Below, piece by piece: positions 1 through 14,020 of a stretch of DNA of 49,248 bases. Made by a program: the position numbers and the translations under genes. This stretch comes from Proteromonas lacertae. Taxonomy: Eukaryota. Within the stretch, counting starts at the first letter, position 1. Each line of letters begins with the position of its first letter. The notes beneath the pieces were generated by a model. The model was not told the origin of the DNA and did not search any database. It saw only the letters and a list, made by a program, of their open reading frames with translations. The stretch lies in contig NGBS01000916.1 of the NCBI GenBank assembly GCA_002245135.1, positions 1 through 49,248 on the forward strand, read 5' to 3'.

Positions 1-3000
1 TAATTCATTCTTTTCATCTAATAAACCATCTTTCTCTTTATTCAGATCATTCAATTCATCTTCTAATTTCTTCAATTCATCTTCTACATCTTTCAAATCT
101 TTCAATTTATCATCTTCGATCTTTCGTAAGATTGATTCCACTTCTTTCGCATTTTGATCTTGTAATGCTTTAAATAGATCAGGATTGTTATCTAATAACT
201 CTTATCTACATCACTTACCAAATCACTGTTCAAGTATCTCTTCAATTCATCTATTTCATTCTTCAATTTTTCTAATTCTTCTTCTTTGAATTCTTCTCTC
301 TTCAACATTAGGAATCTTTTCGTCTTTCAACTCTTTTATTTCATTTAATAGTTTCACTATATTGTTGTAATCACTTTCTTTTACATCTGAGTTTTCTTTT
401 AAATTACTCAATAATTTTAATGGATTCTTATCTAATTCATTCTTTTCATCTAATAAACCATCTTTCTCTTTATTCAGATCATTCAATTCATCTTCTAATT
501 TCTTCAATTCATCTTCTACATCTTTCAAATCTTTCAATTTATCATCTTCGATCTTTCGTAAGATTGATTCCACTTCTTTCGCATTTTGATCTTGTAATGC
601 TTTAAATAGATCAGGATTGTTATCTAATAACTCTTTATCTACATCACTTACCAAATCACTGTTCAAGTATCTCTTCAATTCATCTATTTCATTCTTCAAT
701 TTTTCTAATTCTTCTTCTTTTGAATTCTTCTCTCCTTCAACATTAGGAATCTTTTCGTCTTTCAACTCTTTTATTTCATTTAATAGTTTCACTATATTGT
801 TGTAATCACTTTCTTTTACATCTGAGTTTTCTTTTAAATTACTCAATAATTTTAATGGATTCTTATCTAATTCATTCTTTTCATCTAATAAACCATCTTT
901 CTCTTTATTCAGATCATTCAATTCATCTTCTAATTTCTTCAATTCATCTTCTACATCTTTCAAATCTTTCAATTTATCATCTTCGATCTTTCGTAAGATT
1001 GATTCCACTTCTTTCGCATTTTGATCTTGTAATGCTTTAAATAGATCAGGATTGTTATCTAATAACTCTTTATCTACATCACTTACCAAATCACTGTTCA
1101 AGTATCTCTTCAATTCATCTATTTCATTCTTCAATTTTTCTAATTCTTCTTCTTTTGAATTCTTCTCTCCTTCAACATTAGGAATCTTTTCGTCTTTCAA
1201 CTCTTTTATTTCATTTAATAGTTTCACTATATTGTTGTAATCACTTTCTTTTACATCTGAGTTTTCTTTTAAATTACTCAATAATTTTAATGGATTCTTA
1301 TCTAATTCATTCTTTTCATCTAATAAACCATCTTTCTCTTTATTCAGATCATTCAATTCATCTTCTAATTTCTTCAATTCATCTTCTACATCTTTCAAAT
1401 CTTTCAATTTATCATCTTCGATCTTTCGTAAGATTGATTCCACTTCTTTCGCATTTTGATCTTGTAATGCTTTAAATAGATCAGGATTGTTATCTAATAA
1501 CTCTTTATCTACATCACTTACCAAATCACTGTTCAAGTATCTCTTCAATTCATCTATTTCATTCTTCAATTTTTCTAATTCTTCTTCTTTTGAATTCTTC
1601 TCTCCTTCAACATTAGGAATCTTTTCGTCTTTCAACTCTTTTATTTCATTTAATAGTTTCACTATATTGTTGTAATCACTTTCTTTTACATCTGAGTTTT
1701 CTTTTAAATTACTCAATAATTTTAATGGATTCTTATCTAATTCATTCTTTTCATCTAATAAACCATCTTTCTCTTTATTCAGATCATTCAATTCATCTTC
1801 TAATTTCTTCAATTCATCTTCTACATCTTTCAAATCTTTCAATTTATCATCTTCGATCTTTCGTAAGATTGATTCCACTTCTTTCGCATTTTGATCTTGT
1901 AATGCTTTAAATAGATCAGGATTGTTATCTAATAACTCTTTATCTACATCACTTACCAAATCACTGTTCAAGTATCTCTTCAATTCATCTATTTCATTCT
2001 TCAATTTTTCTAATTCTTCTTCTTTTGAATTCTTCTCTCCTTCAACATTAGGAATCTTTTCGTCTTTCAACTCTTTTATTTCATTTAATAGTTTCACTAT
2101 ATTGTTGTAATCACTTTCTTTTACATCTGAGTTTTCTTTTAAATTACTCAATAATTTTAATGGATTCTTATCTAATTCATTCTTTTCATCTAATAAACCA
2201 TCTTTCTCTTTATTCAGATCATTCAATTCATCTTCTAATTTCTTCAATTCATCTTCTACATCTTTCAAATCTTTCAATTTATCATCTTCGATCTTTCGTA
2301 AGATTGATTCCACTTCTTTCGCATTTTGATCTTGTAATGCTTTAAATAGATCAGGATTGTTATCTAATAACTCTTTATCTACATCACTTACCAAATCACT
2401 GTTCAAAGTATCTCTTCATTCATCTATTTCATTCTTCAATTTTTCTAATTCTTCTTCTTTTGAATTCTTCTCTCCTTCAACATTAGGAATCTTTTCGTCT
2501 TTCAACTCTTTTATTTCATTTAATAGTTTCACTATATTGTTGTAATCACTTTCTTTTACATCTGAGTTTTCTTTTAATTACTCATAATTTTAATGGATTC
2601 TTATCTAATTCATTCTTTTCATCTAATAAACCATCTTTCTCTTTATTCAGATCATTCAATTCATCTTCTAATTTCTTCAATTCATCTTCTACATCTTTCA
2701 AATCTTTCAATTTATCATCTTCGATCTTTCGTAAGATTGATTCCACTTCTTTCGCATTTTGATCTTGTAATGCTTTAAATAGATCAGGATTGTTATCTAA
2801 TAACTCTTTATCTACATCACTTACCAAATCACTGTTCAAGTATCTCTTCAATTCATCTATTTCATTCTTCAATTTTTCTAATTCTTCTTCTTTTGAATTC
2901 TTCTCTCCTTCAACATTAGGAATCTTTTCGTCTTTCAACTCTTTTATTTCATTTAATAGTTTCACTATATTGTTGTAATCACTTTCTTTTACATCTGAGT

Positions 3001-6000
3001 TTTCTTTTAAATTACTCAATAATTTTAATGGATTCTTATCTAATTCATTCTTTCATCTAATAAACCATCTTTCTCTTTATTCAGATCATTCAATTCATCT
3101 TCTAATTTCTTCAATTCATCTTCTACATCTTTCAAATCTTTCAATTTATCATCTTCGATCTTTCGTAAGATTGATTCCACTTCTTTCGCATTTTGATCTT
3201 GTAATGCTTTAAATAGATCAGGATTGTTATCTAATAACTCTTTATCTACATCACTTACCAAAATCACTGTTCAAGTATCTCTTCAATTCATCTATTTCAT
3301 TCTTCAATTTTTCTAATTCTTCTTCTTTTGAATTCTTCTCTCCTTCAACATTAGGAATCTTTTCGTCTTTCAACTCTTTTATTTCATTTAATAGTTTCAC
3401 TATATTGTTGTAATCACTTTCTTTTACATCTGAGTTTTCTTTTAAATTACTCAATAATTTTAATGGATTCTTATCTAATTCATTCTTTTCATCTAATAAA
3501 CCATCTTTCTCTTTATTCAGATCATTCAATTCACCTTCTAATTTCTTCAATTCATCTTCTACATCTTTCAAATCTTTCAATTTATCATCTTCGATCTTTC
3601 GTAAGATTGATTCCACTTCTTTCGCATTTTGATCTTGTAATGCTTTAAATAGATCAGGATTGTTATCTAATAACTCTTTATCTACATCACTTACCAAATC
3701 ACTGTTCAAGTATCTCTTCAATTCATCTATTTCATTCTTCAATTTTTCTAATTCTTCTTCTTTGAATTCTTCTCTCCTTCAACATTAGGAATCTTTTCGT
3801 CTTTCAACTCTTTTATTTCATTTAATAGTTTCACTATATTGTTGTAATCACTTTCTTTACATCTGAGTTTTCTTTTAAATTACTCAATAATTTTAATGGA
3901 TTCTTATCTAATTCATTCTTTTCATCTAATAACCATCTTTCTCTTTATTCAGATCATTCAATTCATCCTTCTAATTTCTTCAATTCATCTTCTACATCTT
4001 TCAAATCTTTCAATTTATCATCTTCGATCTTTCGTAAGATTGATTCCACTTCTTTCGCATTTTGATCTTGTAATGCTTTAAATAGATCAGGATTGTTATC
4101 TAATAACTCTTTATCTACATCACTTACCAAATCACTGTTCAAGTATCTCTTCAATTCATCTATTTCATTCTTCAATTTTTCTAATTCTTCTTCTTTTGAA
4201 TTCTTCTCTCCTTCAACATTAGGAATCTTTTCGTCTTTCAACTCTTTTATTTCATTTAATAGTTTCACTATATTGTTGTAATCACTTTCTTTTACATCTG
4301 AGTTTTCTTTTAAATTACTCAATAATTTTAATGGATTCTTATCTAATTCATTCTTTTCATCTAATAAACCATCTTTCTCTTTATTCAGATCATTCAATTC
4401 ATCTTCTAATTTCTTCAATTCATCTTCTACATCTTTCAAATCTTTCAATTTATCATCTTCGATCTTTCGTAAGATTGATTCCACTTCTTTCGCATTTTGA
4501 TCTTGTAATGCTTTAAATAGATCAGGATTGTTATCTAATAACTCTTTATCTACATCACTTACCAATCACTGTTCAAGTATCTCTTCAATTCATCTATTTC
4601 ATTCTTCAATTTTTCTAATTCTTCTTCTTTTGAATTCTTCTCTCCTTCAACATTAGGAATCTTTTCGTCTTTCAACTCTTTTATTTCATTTAATAGTTTC
4701 ACTATATTGTTGTAATCACTTTCTTTTACATCTGAGTTTTCTTTTAAATTACTCAATAATTTTAATGGATTCTTATCTAATTCATTCTTTTCATCTAATA
4801 AACCATCTTTCTCTTTATTCAGATCATTCAATTCATCTTCTAATTTCTTCAATTCATCTTCTACATCTTTCAAATCTTTCAATTTATCATCTTCGATCTT
4901 TCGTAAGATTGATTCCACTTCTTTCGCATTTTGATCTTGTAATGCTTTAAATAGATCAGGATTGTTATCTAATAACTCTTTATCTACATCACTTACCAAA
5001 TCACTGTTCAAGTATCTCTTCAATTCATCTATTTCATTCTTCAATTTTTCTAATTCTTCTTCTTTTGAATTCTTCTCTCCTTCAACATTAGGAATCTTTT
5101 CGTCTTTCAACTCTTTTATTTCATTTAATAGTTTCACTATATTGTTGTAATCACTTTCTTTTACATCTGAGTTTTCTTTTAAATTACTCAATAATTTTAA
5201 TGGATTCTTATCTAATTCATTCTTTTCATCTAATAAACCATCTTTCTCTTTATTCAGATCATTCAATTCATCTTCTAATTTCTTCAATTCATCTTCTACA
5301 TCTTTCAAATCTTTCAATTTATCATCTTCGATCTTTCGTAAGATTGATTCCACTTCTTTCGCATTTTGATCTTGTAATGCTTTAAATAGATCAGGATTGT
5401 TATCTAATAACTCTTTATCTACATCACTTACCAAATCACTGTTCAAGTATCTCTTCAATTCATCTATTTCATTCTTCAATTTTTCTAATTCTTCTTCTTT
5501 TGAATTCTTCTCTCCTTCAACATTAGGAATCTTTTCGTCTTTCAACTCTTTTATTTCATTTAATAGTTTCACTATATTGTTGTAATCACTTTCTTTTACA
5601 TCTGAGTTTTCTTTTAAATTACTCAATAATTTTAATGGATTCTTATCTAATTCATTCTTTTCATCTAATAAACCATCTTTCTCTTTATTCAGATCATTCA
5701 ATTCATCTTCTAATTTCTTCAATTCATCTTCTACATCTTTCAAATCTTTCAATTTATCATCTTCGATCTTTCGTAAGATTGATTCCACTTCTTTCGCATT
5801 TTGATCTTGTAATGCTTTAAATAGATCAGGATTGTTATCTAATAACTCTTTATCTACATCACTTACCAAATCACTGTTCAAGTATCTCTTCAATTCATCT
5901 ATTTCATTCTTCAATTTTTCTAATTCTTCTTCTTTTGAATTCTTCTCTCCTTCAACATTAGGAATCTTTTCGTCTTTCAACTCTTTTATTTCATTTAATA

Positions 6001-9000
6001 GTTTCACTATATTGTTGTAATCACTTTCTTTTACATCTGAGTTTTCTTTTAAATTACTCAATAATTTTAATGGATTCTTATCTAATTCATTCTTTTCATC
6101 TAATAAACCATCTTTCTCTTTATTCAGATCATTCAATTCATCTTCTAATTTCTTCAATTCATCTTCTACATCTTTCAAATCTTTCAATTTATCATCTTCG
6201 ATCTTTCGTAAGATTGATTCCACTTCTTTCGCATTTTGATCTTGTAATGCTTTAAATAGATCAGGATTGTTATCTAATAACTCTTTATCTACATCACTTA
6301 CCAAATCACTGTTCAAGTATCTCTTCAATTCATCTATTTCATTCTTCAATTTTTCTAATTCTTCTTCTTTTGAATTCTTCTCTCCTTCAACATTAGGAAT
6401 CTTTTCGTCTTTCAACTCTTTTATTTCATTTAATAGTTTCACTATATTGTTGTAATCACTTTCTTTTACATCTGAGTTTTCTTTTAAATTACTCAATAAT
6501 TTTAATGGATTCTTATCTAATTCATTCTTTTCATCTAATAAACCATCTTTCTCTTTATTCAGATCATTCAATTCATCTTCTAATTTCTTCAATTCATCTT
6601 CTACATCTTTCAAATCTTTCAATTTATCATCTTCGATCTTTCGTAAGATTGATTCCACTTCTTTCGCATTTTGATCTTGTAATGCTTTAAATAGATCAGG
6701 ATTGTTATCTAATAACTCTTTATCTACATCACTTACCAAATCACTGTTCAAGTATCTCTTCAATTCATCTATTTCATTCTTCAATTTTTCTAATTCTTCT
6801 TCTTTTGAATTCTTCTCTCCTTCAACATTAGGAATCTTTTCGTCTTTCAACTCTTTTATTTCATTTAATAGTTTCACTATATTGTTGTAATCACTTTCTT
6901 TTACATCTGAGTTTTCTTTTAAATTACTCAATAATTTTAATGGATTCTTATCTAATTCATTCTTTTCATCTAATAAACCATCTTTCTCTTTATTCAGATC
7001 ATTCAATTCATCTTCTAATTTCTTCAATTCATCTTCTACATCTTTCAAATCTTTCAATTTATCATCTTCGATCTTTCGTAAGATTGATTCCACTTCTTTC
7101 GCATTTTGATCTTGTAATGCTTTAAATAGATCAGGATTGTTATCTAATAACTCTTTATCTACATCACTTACCAAATCACTGTTCAAGTATCTCTTCAATT
7201 CATCTATTTCATTCTTCAATTTTTCTAATTCTTCTTCTTTTGAATTCTTCTCTCCTTCAACATTAGGAATCTTTTCGTCTTTCAACTCTTTTATTTCATT
7301 TAATAGTTTCACTATATTGTTGTAATCACTTTCTTTTACATCTGAGTTTTCTTTTAAATTACTCAATAATTTTAATGGATTCTTATCTAATTCATTCTTT
7401 TCATCTAATAAACCATCTTTCTCTTTATTCAGATCATTCAATTCATCTTCTAATTTCTTCAATTCATCTTCTACATCTTTCAAATCTTTCAATTTATCAT
7501 CTTCGATCTTTCGTAAGATTGATTCCACTTCTTTCGCATTTTGATCTTGTAATGCTTTAAATAGATCAGGATTGTTATCTAATAACTCTTTATCTACATC
7601 ACTTACCAAATCACTGTTCAAGTATCTCTTCAATTCATCTATTTCATTCTTCAATTTTTCTAATTCTTCTTCTTTTGAATTCTTCTCTCCTTCAACATTA
7701 GGAATCTTTTCGTCTTTCAACTCTTTTATTTCATTTAATAGTTTCACTATATTGTTGTAATCACTTTCTTTTACATCTGAGTTTTCTTTTAAATTACTCA
7801 ATAATTTTAATGGATTCTTATCTAATTCATTCTTTTCATCTAATAAACCATCTTTCTCTTTATTCAGATCATTCAATTCATCTTCTAATTTCTTCAATTC
7901 ATCTTCTACATCTTTCAAATCTTTCAATTTATCATCTTCGATCTTTCGTAAGATTGATTCCACTTCTTTCGCATTTTGATCTTGTAATGCTTTAAATAGA
8001 TCAGGATTGTTATCTAATAACTCTTTATCTACATCACTTACCAAATCACTGTTCAAGTATCTCTTCAATTCATCTATTTCATTCTTCAATTTTCTAATTC
8101 TTCTTCTTTTGAATTCTTCTCTCCTTCAACATTAGGAATCTTTTCGTCTTTCAACTCTTTTATTTCATTTAATAGTTTCACTATATTGTTGTAATCACTT
8201 TCTTTTACATCTGAGTTTTCTTTTAAATTACTCAATAATTTTAATGGATTCTTATCTAATTCATTCTTTTCATCTAATAAACCATCTTTCTCTTTATTCA
8301 GATCATTCAATTCATCTTCTAATTTCTTCAATTCATCTTCTACATCTTTCAAATCTTTCAATTTATCATCTTCGATCTTTCGTAAGATTGATTCCACTTC
8401 TTTCGCATTTTGATCTTGTAATGCTTTAAATAGATCAGGATTGTTATCTAATAACTCTTTATCTACATCACTTACCAAATCACTGTTCAAGTATCTCTTC
8501 AATTCATCTATTTCATTCTTCAATTTTTCTAATTCTTCTTCTTTTGAATTCTTCTCTTCTTCAACATTAGGAATCTTTTCGTCTTTCAACTCTTTTATTT
8601 CATTTAATAGTTTCACTATATTGTTGTAATCACTTTCTTTTACATCTGAGTTTTCTTTTAAATTACTCAATAATTTTAATGGATTCTTATCTAATTCATT
8701 CTTTTCATCTAATAAACCATCTTTCTCTTTATTCAGATCATTCAATTCATCTTCTAATTTCTTCAATTCATCTTCTACATCTTTCAAATCTTTCAATTTA
8801 TCATCTTCGATCTTTCGTAAGATTGATTCCACTTCTTTCGCATTTTGATCTTGTAATGCTTTAAATAGATCAGGATTGTTATCTAATAACTCTTTATCTA
8901 CATCACTTACCAAATCACTGTTCAAGTATCTCTTCAATTCATCTATTTCATTCTTCAATTTTTCTAATTCTTCTTCTTTTGAATTCTTCTCTCCTTCAAC

Positions 9001-10623
9001 ATTAGGAATCTTTTCGTCTTTCAACTCTTTTATTTCATTTAATAGTTTCACTATATTGTTGTAATCACTTTCTTTTACATCTGAGTTTTCTTTTAAATTA
9101 CTCAATAATTTTAATGGATTCTTATCTAATTCATTCTTTTCATCTAATAAACCATCTTTCTCTTTATTCAGATCATTCAATTCATCTTCTAATTTCTTCA
9201 ATTCATCTTCTACATCTTTCAAATCTTTCAATTTATCATCTTCGATCTTTCGTAAGATTGATTCCACTTCTTTCGCATTTTGATCTTGTAATGCTTTAAA
9301 TAGATCAGGATTGTTATCTAATAACTCTTTATCTACATCACTTACCAAATCACTGTTCAAGTATCTCTTCAATTCATCTATTTCATTCTTCAATTTTTCT
9401 AATTCTTCTTCTTTTGAATTCTTCTCTCCTTCAACATTAGGAATCTTTTCGTCTTTCAACTCTTTTATTTCATTTAATAGTTTCACTATATTGTTGTAAT
9501 CACTTTCTTTTACATCTGAGTTTTCTTTTAAATTACTCAATAATTTTAATGGATTCTTATCTAATTCATTCTTTTCATCTAATAAACCATCTTTCTCTTT
9601 ATTCAGATCATTCAATTCATCTTCTAATTTCTTCAATTCATCTTCTACATCTTTCAAATCTTTCAATTTATCATCTTCGATCTTTCGTAAGATTGATTCC
9701 ACTTCTTTCGCATTTTGATCTTGTAATGCTTTAAATAGATCAGGATTGTTATCTAATAACTCTTTATCTACATCACTTACCAAATCACTGTTCAAGTATC
9801 TCTTCAATTCATCTATTTCATTCTTCAATTTTTCTAATTCTTCTTCTTTTGAATTCTTCTCTCCTTCAACATTAGGAATCTTTTCGTCTTTCAACTCTTT
9901 TATTTCATTTAATAGTTTCACTATATTGTTGTAATCACTTTCTTTTACATCTGAGTTTTCTTTTAAATTACTCAATAATTTTAATGGATTCTTATCTAAT
10001 TCATTCTTTTCATCTAATAAACCATCTTTCTCTTTATTCAGATCATTCAATTCATCTTCTAATTTCTTCAATTCATCTTCTACATCTTTCAAATCTTTCA
10101 ATTTATCATCTTCGATCTTTCGTAAGATTGATTCCACTTCTTTCGCATTTTGATCTTGTAATGCTTTAAATAGATCAGGATTGTTATCTAATAACTCTTT
10201 ATCTACATCACTTACCAAATCACTGTTCAAGTATCTCTTCAATTCATCTATTTCATTCTTCAATTTTTCTAATTCTTCTTCTTTTGAATTCTTCTCTCCT
10301 TCAACATTAGGAATCTTTTCGTCTTTCAACTCTTTTATTTCATTTAATAGTTTCACTATATTGTTGTAATCACTTTCTTTTACATCTGAGTTTTCTTTTA
10401 AATTACTCAATAATTTTAATGGATTCTTATCTAATTCATTCTTTTCATCTAATAAACCATCTTTCTCTTTATTCAGATCATTCAATTCACCTTCTAATTT
10501 CTTCAATTCATCTTCTACATCTTTCAAATCTTTCAATTTATCATCTTCGATCTTTCGTAAGATTGATTCCACTTCTTTCGCATTTTGATCTTGTAATGCT
10601 TTAAATAGATCAGGATTGTTATC
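1..10623 (-). repeat. Tandem array of 435-bp units, about 24.4 copies visible, nearly identical
   Basis: Period of 435 seen directly (ORF starts at 420, 855, 1290 and so on). Identity to the unit ends at 10623. Confidence 0.98.
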
Positions 10624-11907
10624 AAGTGTTTCTTTTAGTTCAACATGTTGTAATGATTGATTTACATATTCTTTTAGTTGATTTATTTCATCATCTAATT
10701 CTTTCTTGTTTCTATTATATTCTTCTATCTCTGATTGAATACTCTTTGATTTTGTACTTTCGTCACTTAACACTTTCAATAATTTAACTATTTCATCGTA
10801 TTTTTCTTTGCCAATTGATTGGATCAATTTCAACATTACTTCCTCTTCATTGGATAATTTTATATCCTTTCCTTTCTCCTCCTTATTATCTTGTATCTTT
10901 GAATCAAGATCACTTATTATTAACTCTAAAGCTTCACTATTGAACTTTCCTCCCTTTCTTCTTTGTTCTATTACTGACTGTAGTTCTTTCATTTCTTCTA
11001 AACTAAATTCACCATCACTATCTCCATCTATTTTACTATCAATATCGTCAATTATTTTACATATTTCATTACTATCCCTGTTATCATATTCACCTGTAAC
11101 TAATTCCCCTTTGTAGTGTAGTATTGCATAACTAACTCTCATATAATCTCTTAATATTTCATAATAACTATGCAATGAATCATATGTATCATCTTCTTTG
11201 TCTTTTATTTGTCGTTTTAAGTCATATATTATCTCTTCTTGTGCTTGTTGCATCCTTTCTACTTGTTTTTTGAACTGTTCATTCTCTTCGTGTAATGGAC
11301 CAACTAGTCGTTTTATATCTTCATAAATTGTATCATTTCTATCATTTAGCTCTGAATGAAATCTCTTTACTCTTTCGAATAACGAATCATCGAGACTGCT
11401 ACTGGATGGTTTAGAAACTAATTCTATTGAATTGCTATTAATATCAATTCTATTCATATCTTCTAATTTCATCAGATTTCTTTTAAATAACGGAGATTCT
11501 TCTAACATTGAAGGATCTGACACAAATGAATCACGATTTGATTGAGATATAGGAGATTGAGAACCACTCTTTATTCTCTTTTTGGTATTTCTGTTTTTCA
11601 TTCTTTTCATAAACTCTTCAAAGTCTGGAAAATTACCATCTTCATCCTGCATCTCATGCAAATCATTCATTATTTCGTCAGGTGATGAGGGTAATGAAGC
11701 TTCTGAATCACTTGAGGAATCTGAAGGTGATAAGTCTGACAGTGGCTTTTGTTCTAATAATTCCATCCTTCTCTCATATACTGCAATTGTACTTTTATAT
11801 TCATCTCGCAGTTGTTGTAATAAGTTCTTAAGATCTTCAACATCTATAGAATTATTTAAAAAATGATAAAGATTATTCAATCTTCTTAAGGAATTAATTG
11901 AAATCAT
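1..11907 (-). CDS. Giant acidic coiled-coil repeat protein (at least ~3970 aa, 3' end beyond window): unique ~428-aa N-terminus, then 145-aa repeats
   Basis: ATG at 11907. ORF fragments 8086-11907, 4559-8089, 3963-4565, 3251-3742, 2582-3019 and 256-2406 encode the same repeat and are separated only by 1-nt indels, mostly in homopolymers. E/K/L/D/N-rich heptad-like sequence. Confidence 0.8.
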
Positions 11908-12358
11908 CTCACCAATATTTAAAATATAAAAAGCTTGAATAAAACAAGCCTAATTTTTGAATTTTTTCTTTTTATCAATAACACCAGTAAATATTTGAAA
12001 TATAAAAAGCATCAAACAAGTTTATTTATACTCAGCTATATTATAGCATAATTTCATTTATGATTACGTAGTGTATGTAATTTCTCTTATTTTATTCTTT
12101 TTATTTATGTCAGAACATATCCATGAGCCTATTAAGTAATATTATTAACATATAACATTACAACATTTCACTATCAACATATTTAAATAAAAATGCAACA
12201 TTCACTGCAAACACAATTTATTCTATAAATACTTATTCAGAACACTATTTTAAACAACTTAATTAACTCCACCTCTTGTCCCTATTGTTATTGTAATAAT
12301 AGTCGTTTCTTTTAGTGTTTTTTAATTATTTTCAGTTTATCAGAGCTACCAAGTTGTT

Positions 12359-13784
12359 ATGGGTTGTAACTATTCCAGGTATTTTTATTTGTTTATATAT
12401 AATGCTGTTAGGGTGGAATCCTATAATAGAACGAAGGTTGGACTAGATCACTTCGAAATGCATAAACTGATAGGAAAGGGGGGTTTTGGAAAAGTTAACG
12501 CTGTGAAAAAAATATCTGAACCTTATAAAGGTAAATGGTACGCTATGAAGACAATGAGTAAGAAGATGGTAGTGCTATCGAAAGACGGTGATGCAACTAG
12601 GTTGGGTCTTATAGCTGAACGTAATATTTTATCTTTAATATGTCATCCTTTTATTTGTAACTTACATTGTATATATATTACTCATATTATATATATTGAT
12701 ATTATAAATAGATGCATTTCAAGATAAGGAAAATTTGTATTTAGTGATGGATTTAGCATTAGGAGGAGATATGCGATATCAGCTTCAACGTAGTCCAAAA
12801 GGTTTCTCAGAAAATAGAACTCAGTTTTACATAGCACAAGTCATTCTAGCATTAGATTATTTACATCAAAAGAACATCATCCATCGAGACATAAAACCTG
12901 AGAATCTATTAATGGATAGTGAAGGATATATCAAGCTCAGTGATTTTGGCTTGTCACGTCGATTGAGTAGTGGTATATGTAATGAAATAGCTGGTACTCC
13001 ATCCTATATGGCTCCAGAGATATTCCAAAATCCTGATCATTATCACACTTATTCATCAGATTGGTGGAGTTTAGGGATATTAATGTACGAGTTCCTAACA
13101 GGAAGAAGACCATTTCATGCAGAAACAATACCAGTATTAAAACCAGAAACAGATCAAAAATATTATTATTTAATGAAACATCCAGAAGAAAGTAAACTCA
13201 AACTAGATACAATGTCAACAGATTGTTTGATGTTTTGTCAAGAATTATTAATAGTTAATCCACAATTCAGATTAGGTAAAAACGGTATTGATGAAATCAA
13301 AAGACATCGATGGTTTAATAATTTTGATTGGAATTCATTAATTGAACGAAGGTATTTACATGTTCCCTTCAGGCCAAAAACAGAGAAGGCAAATTGTGAT
13401 AATTATTTGGAAATATATGATCAAACACAGGTACATGATGGTAGTGAAAACGATGGTGTATTAATTAATCAAGATCTTTTTAAAGGATATGATTATAATA
13501 CAACAGTGAACTTCTATGAAATGAGAAATCAATACACAGTAGCTCCTAATGTAGTTGGTCCAGGATCTGTTACTTCCTCATCTAATTCAAGTAAATGGAA
13601 TACTAATAATGAGAGTAATAGAGTAATGTCTAGAACACACTCTTTAGTTAATCATCAGATGTCTAATAATAATAATAAATCGAAAGTGAAATCACATTCT
13701 ATTAAAACTAAATCTACAATATCCTATAGCAATGTTCCTTCGAATCTATCTGTTAGATTCACTAGTGTTTCAAGACACCAGTAA
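12359..13784 (+). CDS. STK32: AGC Ser/Thr kinase, YANK/STK32-like; introns 12379-12411 and 12669-12711
   Basis: LDHFEMHKLIGKGGFGKV, YAMK, spliced LHYAFQDKENLYLVMD, LGGDMRYQL, HRDIKPEN, DFG, YMAPE and a C-terminal ANCD resemble YANK. The MGC N-terminus is a possible acylation site. Confidence 0.85.
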
Positions 13785-13997
13785 ATTTGTATTTAATCCC
13801 TTATACATATACTTTTTTCAAATCCATTATATTAACTTTCAATTCAATTCTTTAATATTCCTATGTATACAAATGTGTATATATAAATATACATATAATA
13901 ATATAAATATAAATTCATACCTTATTTTCTTCTTTTTTAATTGGATTGGGTTTATGAAAATATTGAATTAGGTTTATCTGAATAACAAGCATAAATA

Positions 13998-14010
13998 TCA
14001 AGCTTTTTTT
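13998..14010 (+). promoter_or_regulatory. Candidate core promoter motif TCAAGCTTTT (representative copy)
   Basis: The same motif in sense orientation lies upstream of the ATGs at 11907, 14021, 18395 and 32388. Confidence 0.55.
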
Positions 14011-14020
14011 AAATTTTGAA

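Noticed and set aside
420..10604. Repeated 61-aa and 62-aa plus-strand ORFs
   Set aside because: Antisense shadows of the repeat CDS, with S/F/L/H-rich composition.
1..10623. CRISPR array or non-coding satellite
   Set aside because: No unique spacers. The unit is 3n long and open on the minus strand, continuous with a unique N-terminus.
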